A DNA stretch of 64,000 nucleotides from Trichinella spiralis (lineage: Eukaryota). Under the pieces are notes generated by a model, which saw only the letters and a program-made list of their open reading frames with translations, was not told where the DNA came from and made no database searches. Shown piece after piece: positions 27,132-39,307 of this stretch. The first letter of the stretch is position 1. Each line of letters begins with the position of its first letter. The stretch lies in NCBI RefSeq assembly GCF_000181795.1, contig NW_003526945.1, positions 2,859,493 through 2,923,492 on the forward strand, given 5' to 3'. A program made the translations under genes and the position numbers.

Positions 27132-30088
27132 GATTTTGAGGAATACTTTAAATCCGTTGCCAAAATTGAATTTTCCGACAACGTTATGTGTAGAAAAGCA
27201 ATAATAAAGATTATAAGAAAGGTAAATATTATTGAATAAAATACTATCATTGGTGAAAAAAATGTTTATACGCATACAGTAATGTTGTTTAAGATTGCAA
27301 CTTTATATTATCGTTTTGTTTCTAAGCTAAACTAAAAGTCTATACTAGTTTGTAATTGTACTATAATATAGCGTGCATTTTATGCTTGGTATAGTTGAAA
27401 GTTGTGTGCTTAATGATTTACTTTAATATATATTTTTTATTTTAATGGTAATCAGTTATTTTTAAATTTATTTAATGAATTTATTATTATTATTATGTAG
27501 TTTCTTATTTTATGATTAAAGTACTTTGCAATGCAAATTTATTAGCCACTATTTTGTTTTTCTTGTCAAGCGCTTCAAGTACAGTATTGCATTATAAATA
27601 GAGGGAAAACTGGGTTATTATTTTTTTATGAGAAAGTAGATTTAAGCTTCTATTACAGTTAACAGCTAGCATATTTAATCGATGCATGATCAACTGAAAA
27701 TATATTTTGTCCAAATTTAATTTGATTCAGCAATTAATTCTTTGAAAAGTGTGAATCTTGAAAAATTTTTGCTTCGAAAATATTGATATTTTGTTGTGTT
27801 CATGTGACTGTTCTGTGACTTGTGTTTATGTTATTATTTATTTATTGTATATATAATATTTTATTTTTGAATATTCAGAGTTGCGATTGTAAATACAGTA
27901 AACAGAAAGTTTAGTATGCTAAAACGTTTTGACAAAAGTTGGCAAATAACACCGAAGTAATAGCTTGACACCAGCATTGCAAGCATCGCAGTCACATGAA
28001 TCATTTAGTGTACGGCAGATTTTATTTGTTTAAATAACATGCATACGAAATAGTGTAATTATTACTCATTTGGAAATTTGGTTCGAGAATACGATGCTAT
28101 GATGTGTTGTGGTTATTTTTAGGATGATAATATATGGATTACTGGACAAAGAGTAGAATTAGACAGTGTGGACAGCGATGATCAGTTGACGTTTGATGGA
28201 ATTATGATGCGTTAGTAATATTTCCTTATTTTTCTCCCATGTCAAACTTTTCATATCAATTTATGCATATATTTTGATTTTTTTTGAAAATAAATACTCA
28301 CTAGTGGTTTTATAAATGAGCAGCAACTTTTTCAAAGTCTGTCTTTAAATAATGCATATTTAAAATAATTTAAATAGGATCTTGTATTTATGGAAGAAAA
28401 GTGCAGATGATAAATTCAATTTTAGCATTTCCACAGAAACGACTGGAACTGGCTAAAGGTACGATGAAGTTCGAAATAAACGTCAGTGATTTGTACGAGA
28501 TACGACCGACTATTGTTCCAGATGGCTATACGAAAATTGAACTTTTTGACGAAGGTTACAATTTGAAGAGACCAGTTCTATATTTCATCAGTGAAAACTG
28601 CATTAGATTTGTTGAAGCTCTCAAGCAACACATTAAAATTCAGGAGTATGAGCTTTTTATTGCTTTATTTGCAAATTTCAGTCACATTATATTAATACTG
28701 TTGTTATACAGCGATAATTTTAATTAAAAGGGTATTTAATTTTTAATTATGCATGATTTTTTATTTACATGCTTGACTGATTCAATTTTACATCTATTAC
28801 ATAAATATATTTATTTATTTAGAAAATTACAGCGTGGGCATTTGCATTTTATTATTAATGAGCGATCTGCAAAATTTAACAAAGCCATTGACGACCTGAT
28901 TGAAAGAAAGAACAAAGCAACTTTTATGCAAGTATGTATTTTTACGCTTTTGTTTCTGTCTTGTTGCTCATTTGCTCATCATACATTTTAGAAATGGCGT
29001 TCATCACCAACAACCACTATGATGACTAGATTGGCTGGAGTTATAGATACTTTAATGAATCCAGTCGAAATAGAGCACAGTTTCGAGGATAAAAAAAATA
29101 TGGATAGGCGACATGTTACTGAACCAATAAGCACTCAAGTGGAAGATGAATACCAATATATAAGTCATGTATGTGTAATTAATAATAATTTTTATTTTAC
29201 ATTGTGGAGAAAACGTTATCGACAAGGGTGTTTCTTGTTAAGTAATTTCACTTTATTGTTTTATAACTAATAGAAGTTTTGCGATTTTTTTTCAAAATTA
29301 GATAAATTCGTTAAATTAAAAATAATTTGTAGTAAATTTTTTCGATTTCAATTTTTTTGCAGCCAGTTAGACTACCTGCGCGTGTGAGAATTCCACGTGG
29401 AGAGCCGTTGTCGGTTCAACAATGGTTGGACCATGTAAGTGAATCTGGAGCAATTTGCGATGAAGAATCTGTGAAACGTATCATCTTCAGTGGTGTATGA
29501 TGGAAAATTGTGTTTTGTTTATTCTAGATTAAATGTTAAATAAAATTTCATTTTGAAGGGTATTGTGCCGGAACTTCGCAAGACCGTATGGAAATATTTA
29601 TTGGGAATGTACCAGTGGTCGTGGACAAAAGAGCAGTGTGAACAAAAGCAGTTGGATTTTGAACAGCGATACCTTCGCCTACGAGAACAGTGGCAACTGG
29701 TCGATGAGGATCAAGCTAGTCGTTGGACTGATTTTCGCAAATACAAAGATTTGATTGGTTGGTGATTTGTTTTTTATCCTGTGAACTATTATTGCCTCTT
29801 TATCGTAGTTTTTTATTTGAAGAAAAGGATGTTGCACGTACCGATCGTACGCATTCTTATTACGAAGGAGCGGAGAATGCGAATTTAACATTGCTGTCAT
29901 GTTTATTGATGACATACATGATGTATCACTTTGATTTGGGTACGAAGTTGAACAATTGACTTGAGAATTCGATGATAAATTTTATGGACTGTATAAGTTT
30001 AATTTTTGTGCTTTAGAAATAATTTACATATTAAGAATTGATACTGTGCTCATTTGTTAAAAAATGCATTTTATGAAATGCGTTAAGT

Positions 30089-30135
<47 letters not shown>

Positions 30136-31446
30136 ATATAAACAGGTTATCTGTTTTGCATAGGATACGTACAAGGTATGTCTGATTTGTTGTCGCCGTT
30201 GTTGATGATTTTTGAAGACGAAGTGGATGCATTTTGGGCGTTTGTTCATTTTATGGAAAAGTCAGGCACCAATTTTGAGCTGAATCAGAGCAGCATCAAA
30301 TCGCAATTTTGTCAGCTGCGATGTCTTCTTGATGTGGTCAATCCAAGGCTCAGCGAATATTTGAGTAGCTCAAATATTAATTTTCAAACGGATTTGTCCA
30401 TTTTGATTTGTACATTTTCAGAAAGCAAAGATTCTGGTGAGATGTTTTTTTGCTTTCGTTGGCTTTTGGTGTTGTTCAAGCGAGAATTTACCTTTGACGA
30501 CATCTTTCGCCTTTGGGAAGTGAGTATTTTTGTACTTTACAACAAAGCGGTGGTGTAGTTGTTTAAAAAAATTTTACATCGCTTTGCATTCATTTATTTG
30601 TACGGAGGTTCTGTATTCTTTTTTTTCTTACAGTAATATTGATTGTCATGTTTTATAAGATTCTGTAGTTAAATTCTCGGATTATCTAATTTACAGTTTG
30701 GGTTGAGAAAGAAAATTTCAAACTGTAAATTGGTCGAATGCGTTGACAACATCAAAAGTTTTTGCAATTTGTGCATTTCAATTTAAGGTGCTTTGGACTG
30801 GTTTGCCGTGCTCAAATTTTCATCTGCTGATCTGTCTTGCTATCCTGGAAATGCAGACGGACGAAATAATTCAACGTGGGTGTGGACTGGAAGATATTGT
30901 AAAGGTATATTTATTGTATGGTCATTTGCACTTTTTTTTCTTTTTCCTTTTTTTCAACACTGATTGTATTTCATTTTTTATGCGCTAATTATTGTTTTAA
31001 CAATGGATATATATTAGGGAATTTTAATGATTTATTTCCGATTTTTAATAATTAAAGAAACGCATGTTTCATTATTTTATGCGTTTCAAGATCAGTGTGG
31101 TAAGTAAACACATCCAGTTGAATAGAACTAATTCTTGTGAATGAATGAATGACCTATCGATTCTCTCTTAGTATTTTTTTATTTCTTCGTGCTACGCTTG
31201 ATAGCCTGAAAATCAAGAGATGATTTTCAATTTTGCAGACTTTTAATGTCCATTTTTAATAATTTATTCCAATTTGCGACGACATTCTAGCTCGTAAATA
31301 TGCTTGCATTCAAAATTCCGCTCGATGAAGTTTTGGTAATAGCAAATGGAATTTATCACCAGCTGGAGACTGTGCAGGAAAAAGACAAAGTTGTGGCTAA
31401 CATAAGTATTATTCTCGGATTTGAGGCGGCAGAAAATCCTGTTTGA
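27132..31446 (+). CDS. TBC1D15/TBC1D17-like Rab GTPase-activating protein (multi-exon; 5' end uncertain)
   Basis: TBC domain motifs IFSGGIVPELRKTVWKYLLG, IEKDVARTDRTH (R-finger), FDLGYVQGMSDLLSP (Q-finger), FCFRWLLVLFKREF, LWEVLWTGLPCSNFHLLIC. Last exon 31291-31446 ends ...AENPV*. Exons upstream of ~28400 (27132-27221, 28123-28210) are tentative. Confidence 0.88.
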
Positions 31447-34400
31447 TTTATAAAGCTGGCCAACATTGAACATTTATGCAGTCCGTTTGAACATTTATTT
31501 GCACACGCTTTTATTCACCTTATCTTTGCTTATTCTATTTTTATTATTTACTCATTCCATTTTCGTCCGAAATGAATGCACTGCTGTGTATCACCATTTT
31601 ACACATAGACAAAGCAGCAACGTTTATTATATTTTTGCTTGATTTTTATTTGTTTTTCATGTTTATTTTTCCGAGAAAATCCATGCCAAACTGAAGAATA
31701 GAGGAAAAAATTTTTTTTTCGTTTTACCCATTTATCGAGGTTTTAATGTTATTAAAAATTATTCAGAAGATTATTACTGTTTAATAAGAATAACGTAATG
31801 TAAAATGATCAAAAACAATATGCATATTTACATGCATGCCTAATTCGTGTGTATGCGCGAATCTGCACAGCAAGATGTCATTGCTGATGCATCAGTATCA
31901 GATACGAAATTGCACTACTACACCAGTGTTGCAAAAGTACTACTCATTCCTTGTTTCAGAATGCGTAATACATTTCGATTTTTAACTCTTAAATACTTTC
32001 ATATGGTAAAGTTGTAAAATGCAAATTTTCATGTAGCCATCATGAACCAAGTATGTTCTTGACGGAACGGCGATGTTGCCCTTGGGTCGAGTTGATTTTC
32101 AAAAAAGACGGCGAGACCTGAGGCAGCTGTCGGTACGTAGAATGATTTAGGTTATTAGTGTGTGTAGTTCGTCTGTTGTATTACGACTCTGCCTGCGCCG
32201 ATTACGCATTTGTCTTGTATTAAGTAAGTAAATGGTGCAATCATTCAAATGAGTTTTGCTTGATCCACGTTCATCAGTGAGCACGAAACAGACGCGACCG
32301 TATGTATGCATATGCAGTCCACTTGTGAGAAGGCGATTGGATTTTTATCACTAACAACGTATGCTTGTTTTTTTATTTCAATATTGTTATTTTGAATTTT
32401 TTTCTTTGGTATATGGTACATTAGTCAGATCAAAGTGCTGAGAATAAAACGGAAATACTGTCAAGTTTGGAATGGGGTTTTCTGGTAGCGTTTTCTGGTA
32501 AATGACTAGGTGGGATAATGCTAAGTGTAGACTCCGCGTCTGTCACTCGGCTTTGCCTTTACCATTGCCTTAAAATGAACCTGCTTGTCGACGTGGCTAA
32601 ATTAACTTCTTTCAATTGAAAAATCCTCTACTTTATAAGTGTATCAAATAATATTCTTTCTCTTTTGTTCAGCATAATGGAATATTTTGTATTTTGAATG
32701 CTCGGCTTGATTTGCATCAATCATTCATTGCAATCACCTACCTATTCGAGTTGAAAACTGTTTTTCTTGTTTAGTCATTTCTGTTATTATTTTCAACCTG
32801 AATATGCGCAATAAACCGAGTCAGTTTAGCGTAAAGTAAAGCGAATTTCTTAGATCTGATCAGCAGTTGTATGAATATAATTATACACAAAAATGAAACC
32901 ACAAGAAACATTGTTAATAAACTTATAATTTTGAAATGCTAATCAGCTTTTAAATTTATAATTTAGCTACTACTAATAAAAGTGGCCATTAAAAAGAAAC
33001 CGAAATTTGACAAATAGAATGCATAATAATGACAACCAGTACATTTAGCCGTCGTGTAAACCAATGAAATATAAAATGAATCAGAGTTCGGCGCGAAATT
33101 TACAAGCAATCAAATTTTGAAGCGGCGTGTCTTTGATGTCAACATCGAATGTAGCCCTCAGAAAATTATGCTAAACTGTTTTGGCAGCATAATAACACTG
33201 ATATAATGTTTTTTTATAAAATTTAATTTATTTTGCGAGCAGTCAGTTATTATTGCTGATTCAGGGTTGTTGTGTAGATGAGCTAATAATAATCTGATGC
33301 TGGGGTTTACATTTTCCACACTATCCACTACACTCAGAATGCATGGCATTAAAATGCTGGCAAGTTGAATAATATTTTTATTATATGAATGAATGAATGA
33401 ATGAATTATAGATCATTTAATGGGATATTTTCAAAAATAGTAATTTACAAAAGTAGAATGAATTATAAAATAAAAAGTTCAAACGCATTGCAAATGCATG
33501 TGAAACTAATAAGTATTAAATGTATCAGCAAATATTTTTCTAGTTTTGAAATTTCAATATTCTGTCAATAGAGCATTGATGATAATAAAATTAAATGATG
33601 AGATATCATTGTGGATAATGAGTGATAATGAATGAGATTGATAATCAGGGCGAAACCACTGCTTTATTCCAACTGCAGCTTCGTCCCCTTTTCAGTGATA
33701 CGGTTTTCTTTTTGACCAACTCTTCTTTCAGATTTACCACTTTGGGACAGTAACGATTTGTTTTGCCAAACTTTCTTATAAGCTAAATATTTATATTATT
33801 CTACTAATTCTGTAATTACACAAATTGTGTTCTTACATATTTTGCATATTTCTCCGGCACATTGAAATACAACAAAACAAGTACGTAGAATGGAATGAGG
33901 CCAATTATGAATATGATAATGACTATCCTTACTGAAATGTTAATAAAGCGTTTATTATTATTATACACGAGTAATGGTAATTTGAAACATGGGCATTTTT
34001 CTGTTGAATATTTTTCGCTCTAATAATTAAACAATAGTCATTTATTTATTTAACAGTTGTTTTCCACAAAATTTATGGAAAAGCGAACATAGATTATTTG
34101 AATTCAGAAAATTCGAATATAGCAGTTTAGCATTTTGGTGTTAATATTGAAAGGAAGTTTGAAAAAATGAGAGTAAATTCTTACTTTTTTCGACTTTTAG
34201 CTGTGCTTCGAAGTAGTCATCAATCGTTTTTTCTTGTAATTCTTTCTTGGAACGTTTATAATCTATTAAAAAAAATTTTATATAATGTAACGAAACTGAA
34301 AGTTTGAAAGTATTCAAATTTTTATCTATTAATTAGTGAAATGGAATTTTGATTATGGAAAGTTTGAATTTACATCGTGCAGTTTGCAAACATTAAAACA

Positions 34401-34555
34401 AAACTGGGAGAACAGTAAATAAATGACTTGATGTGATATTAAATTTTTACGATTTTATATAATTCTGAAATGGTGACCAAATGATCAATAAATAAATATG
34501 CCGTTTATACCTTTTTCCAGGTAGAATTCAGAAATTTTTTTGATGNNNNNNNNNN

Positions 34556-34765
34556 CAACCCGCCTAGTCTCCAGCCCAGAAAACCACCCCCGCGGCAACA
34601 CCAGAAGCCGGTTACGAAGTCTACAGCGCATTGATCCGTCCCGAACCAACGGAACCACATTGCCGCATGACTTCGATTTCGCTTTTGCTCTTTTTGTATT
34701 TAATTTTGCTATTAACAATTCAGTTTGTTAACTGTTTTGTATTCATTTGAAGATCCAAATAAAAC
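34556..34765 (+). mobile_element. 3' end of a Utopia-like non-LTR retrotransposon copy (remainder hidden in gap)
   Basis: Follows the N gap at 34546-34555. Closely matches the ORF end and 3' UTR of the long copy (~42646-42855) and ends GATCCAAATAAAA. Confidence 0.85.
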
Positions 34766-34922
34766 TCTGTTCTTATCAGCTTAATTTCTGGTATGAATCC
34801 CAAGCGGATTCGTTACGAAATTTGCATAAGTTTTTGAAAAAATAGGCATTTGGTCGAGTGCTCGCACCACCATTTGTCGCGGGTCGTCCTGATATTGCAC
34901 TACATTCAGGAACGGCCTATTC
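34766..34922 (+). ncRNA. U2: U2 snRNA 3' portion (from about nt 39 to the end), copy 1
   Basis: Begins TCTGTTCTTATCAGCTTAATTTCTGGTA, the U2 sequence immediately after GTGTAGTA. Has stem IIb GAATCC/GGATTC, Sm-like AGTTTTTGA, stem III, and stem-loop IV GGGTCGTCCTGATATTGCACTACATTCAGGAACGGCCT. Confidence 0.85.
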
Positions 34923-35498
34923 CCTTCGGGGAATTGTGTTTTAGGAATTGGAATCGGTTTGGTTACGATCGGTCGAGTGGTTCGTGAGATCGAGTGACAG
35001 CCGGGTGGCAGCGACAATGTGTAGTGCAAAGACACCAGCCTTGAAGTCGGGTCGCCGTCGCGGAAAAGAGGTCAACTATGAAGGCCAAATTGTACGGGTA
35101 GAAAGACGGCGTGGATCTCGCAGTAGTACGAGCGCAACGGACCTTGGTACGAGGATGGTTACGCGTGGGCGAAAGAAGCTGATGGAGGCGTCGGTTCGTG
35201 AAGCGGGTCACCACGGAGGTGAATCGGCGAGCACTGTGGACGTCGCCGTGGTGGAATCGAAGAAAATTACGGGTAAAACGGCGCGTCGTACGAGAAGAGC
35301 GCCTTCGCTGCGAAACCTTCGCGGCATCACCGGGAGCCGGTAACGAAGCAGAAAGCTAAACAGCCCGTCCCGAAGCAAGCGCCTGGCTACGCCTCATGAC
35401 TTCGATTTGATTTTGGCTGTTTTTCGTATTTTAAATTTTGTTTCCTTACAATTCAGTTTGTTAATTGTTTTGTATTGTTTGACGATCCAAATAAAATT
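34923..35498 (+). mobile_element. Short internally deleted derivative of the retroelement (unit A)
   Basis: Element head (MCSAKTPALKSGRRRG...MVTRGRKKLMEASV, matching ~37947-38232) is joined at ~35303 to a diverged element tail and 3' UTR ending GATCCAAATAAAA. Confidence 0.8.
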
Positions 35499-35655
35499 TC
35501 TTTTTTTAACAGCTTAATTTCTGGTATGAATCCCTAGTGGATTCGTTATGAAATTTGCATAACTTTTTGAAAAAGTAGGCATTTGGTCGAGTGCTCACAC
35601 CACCATTTTTCGCGTGTCATCCTGATATTGCACTATATGAAGGAACGGCCTATTC
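35499..35655 (+). pseudogene. U2 snRNA 3' portion, copy 2 (more diverged)
   Basis: CAGCTTAATTTCTGGTATGAATCCCTAGTGGATTC...CCTGATATTGCACTATATGAAGGAACGGCCTATT, with substitutions in the Sm region and stem IV. Confidence 0.75.
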
Positions 35656-37820
35656 CCTCCGAGGAATTGTGTTTTACTATTTGAATGTGCAAGTATTGGA
35701 ATCTGTCAAGTGGTTCGATGGATAGCATGACAGCCGGGTGACTGCGTGGATGTGCAGTACAAAGATGCCAGCTTTGAAGCAAGGTCGCCGTCGTGGAAAG
35801 GAAGTAAGCTGTGTTGTTGTAATGGACAACGCGAATAGAGGGCGTGGATCTCGAACAAGTTAGAGCGCAACGGACCTTGGTACGAGGATGGTTACGCGTG
35901 GGCGAAACAAGCTTATGGATGTGCCGGGAGTAAAAGTTGTTGCTGAAGTAGGTCATAACGATGCAGGGTCGACGAATGCTTTTGTCGTCGTAGTGACGGC
36001 TAATGAGAAATAATGTAATATGTCGCAGAAAACGGATGAGGACGACGGAAATGAGGCGTCTCTTATCTACGTTAAAGTACCTGAGTGTCAGTAGTAATGT
36101 ACTGTAGATACTGTAGTGACGCAATAGCTGTGCTTTGTTGCTGTTTTTCTACCCAGTCGTTGGTTTGTCGTTGTTGGAATATTGCTTTTTGTGTATCTGC
36201 ATTTTCGGTGGAATATTCATTGATTCCTTGCTTTATTATCCATGGTACACTATTATTCATGTTGAGTGAACTGTGTGGACACTCGAACTAGTTTCGATTG
36301 ACGGTTTTCATATCAGAAGTCTGTGCTATACGGTTAAGGTCGGATTGTCGAGCATATTTGACTTTCCCACCTTCAGATACCTACAAAATGATACAGTCCA
36401 CTTAGTTTGCGAGCGAGTGAACCCGTAGCTTGCTCGTTACAACGACTACAAGGACGGGACGTATGATAAGAGCGACGATAGATGATGAAATTGATTATTG
36501 TGGCCAAGCTAGTTCGAGTTATGGTACCACCATTATAGTTTCGGTCATGCTAGTCCGAAAACGTCCCCGTCGTCACCAACTACTACGGCAACTTCGAATA
36601 GACCACGTACACCATCCATCTCCAAGCGCGGTGCGAGATCAGAACTTCCGTACACGCCGGCTTTTATTACACCATCTACTTCCGGCGGTTCGGGTAAGCA
36701 ACGTGTTTTGGTGTCGTTGTTGCTTAGGACGGTGGAATTGCACGACCTCGAAGTTTTCCAAATAACGGAGGAACAAGTCACTGTACGGGCAGTTTTTCCC
36801 ATTGCCCAGGCGGTGGTCTGCCACTGAGATGCGAGAAACTGTTAACGGCCGTGAGAGCGTACGGCCAGTTTGCGCGCCTATCGTTGACTGGACATTTTGT
36901 CCGTGTTCACAAATACCAAAACCAGCAGTGACAATATCGTTGTCGTAAATGTAATACGGAATACTTGCCGACAGGCGACCGATATCCCCTCCGGGTTTTG
37001 AACACTTATGTTCGCAGTTCTGTTAGCCGGTGGAAGATTACCCGGAAAATGGGAGAGAGCGAAGATTTGCATGGAGTTCAGTGCGATGATTGCGATTACG
37101 TTTTCCATGTCGAAAAGAACCGTCGTTATGCATAGCCTCCGGCACGCCAACAAGAACATTATGCAAATTACTGGTAAGGCCGTTCAAATCGAGGCCTTGA
37201 GCAAACAAGTCGGCTATATAAATGTTGTAGCACGCGACTATAGTCAGTTTCAGTTTGGTAAGCGGGTTCGGCAATACGTGGCACCAACAGAAAGGCAGTT
37301 GTTGGTCGATGATGAAATTCGTGAAGCCGAAGAAGAGGAGGAACCAGCTGAACCACGTACCATTCTAGGTGAATCCAGCACCGCAACTGCTATAGAAGCT
37401 GTGGGGATCTCTACATGTGGTCCTGTTCGAGCAGACACAGCTGCTAAGCAGATGATCTGCCGGATCGGGCAATGGTGTGTCTGTCCGCGGGACTACCATT
37501 CGATCCCGGCACTTCAGTGCTGGACAGACACGTTGATGGATTTAATGATTGAACAAATCGTTCTGCACCGCTATCCGGACGGTGCGGGAGTGGGCGTGAT
37601 GAGCTGCGCAGCATTGAGCGCCTCCTTGCACCACCAGATATCTGCAGAGTTTGCTACCCAGGTCATGTCATCTCATGATGCCAGTTTCGTGCCGTTCCTG
37701 CGAGCTTGTGTAATCACTTGCAAATGATTGTTCAGCATTGAAGCAGCGGCGCCGTCCATATAAAGAGGTCATTGCTGCTTCCCAGGCGATATTGCGTAAA
37801 TTCAGGGACACTTCACTAGT
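35656..37820 (+). mobile_element. Older, decayed 5' half of the retroelement (unit B), truncated before the RT
   Basis: Diverged colinear match to ~37860-39280 (head, Ser/Pro/Arg-rich region, zinc-finger region, QIEALSKQVG...FGKRVRQYVAPT) with frameshifts. Carries extra downstream coding sequence (~37440-37727) absent from the long copy. Confidence 0.75.
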
Positions 37821-37852
37821 TGGTATTGCACTGCATTCCGGAACGGCCTATT
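37821..37852 (+). pseudogene. U2 stem-loop IV remnant heading the long retroelement copy
   Basis: TGGTATTGCACTGCATTCCGGAACGGCCTATT aligns to the end of the other U2 copies and is followed by the element head. Confidence 0.6.
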
Positions 37853-38080
37853 CCCTTTTGCGAACTGAGTTTTCGAAATTGGTTATGGAACGGTTTGACG
37901 AGGTCGAGTACTTCGTGAGATCGAATTAAGCCGGCTGTCAGCGACAATGTGTGGTACAAAGACACCTGCCTTGAAGTCGGGTCGCCGTCGCGGTAAAGAG
38001 GTCAACATTGGAAGTCAAATCGAACGAGAAGACGGCGTGGATCTCGCAGTACTACGAGCGCAACGGACCTTGGTACGAGG

Positions 38081-39307
38081 ATGGTTACGCGTGGGCGAAA
38101 GAAGATGATGGAGGCGTCGGTTCGTGAAGGAGGTCACCACGGAGGTGAATCGGCGAGCACTGTGGACGTGGACGTGATGAAACCTACGAAGAAAATTACG
38201 AGTAGAACTGCGCGTCGTAATAGAAGAGCGCCGAGTGGTGATGGAACAAGAGGAGAGAGTTGTGGTGCGGAATGTAGCCAAGCCGATTCAGACAGCGGTA
38301 ACGCTGTTGCGGACCGTAGTGAGGCCACTTCGCCCCGCACTCGCAACACGAAGAAGTCTGGTCAACTTGTTGTTAAATCTGGTCGTGACAACATTAAAGC
38401 CTCCACACCATCACCACCGAAAAGAAGACCGACCACTTCGAGTAGCCCACGCACGCCATGCCTCTCCAAGCGCGGAGCGAGATCCAAAATTCCGTCCACG
38501 CCAGACACACCATCGACTTCTGGCGGTTCAGGTAAGCAACGTGTTTTGGTGTCGCCGTTGCTTAGGACGGAAAAATTGCCCGACCTCGAAGTTCTCCACA
38601 GAACTGAGGAACAGGTGACTGTACGGGCAACTTTCCCAATCGCCCAGGCGGTGGTCTGCCCACTGGGATGCGAGAAACCGTACACGGCCGTGAGACCAGA
38701 CGGTCAATTTGCGCGCCAAACACTGACTCGTCATTTCATGCGAGTCCACAACTGCCACAGCGTCCAGTGGCATTACCGGTGTCGCAACTGTAATACGGAT
38801 TTCTTGCCGGCAGATCACCGGTATCCCCTCCGAGTTGTGAACACCCACGTTCGCAGCTGTGTTAGCCGGTGGGAGATAACCCGGAAGTTGGGAGAGAGCG
38901 AAGATTTGCATGGAGTTCGTTGCGATCTTTGCGATTACGTAGGCGTGTCGAAAAGAGCCGTCCGATTGCATCGCCGCCGGCACGCCAACGAGAACGTTAT
39001 GCAAAATACGAGTACGGCCGCTCAAATCGAGGCCTTGAGCAAACAAGTCGGCGAAATACGTGTAGCAGGCGACTATAGTCAGTTTAAGTTTGGTAAACGG
39101 GTTCGGCAATACGTGGCACCAACGCAGAGGCGATACGGGTTGGACAACGAAGATGTTCGTGAAGCCGAAGAAGAGGAGGTGCCTGCCGAATCACGTACCA
39201 TCCTAGGTGAACCCAGCACCGCAACTGCTATAGAATCTGATGAGATCTCTTCTCGTGGTTCAGTTCGAGCGGACTCGTCTGTACGACATCGGCGTGAACT
39301 TCAGTGA
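38081..39307 (+). pseudogene. N-terminal (zinc-finger) part of the retroelement ORF
   Basis: 408-aa open frame with three Cys/His finger-like motifs. The natural start is probably ATG 37947 (MCGTKTPALKSG), now separated by a small deletion relative to the copies at ~35017 and ~43107. Confidence 0.8.

Noticed and set aside
32418..32440. CATTAGTCAGATCAAAGTG resembles the nematode U2 5' region (ATTAGCTAAGATCAAAGTGTAGTA) upstream of the array
   Set aside because: The match is short, lacks GTAGTA and the ATCGCTTC start, and is ~2 kb from the array. It is plausible by chance in AT-rich DNA.
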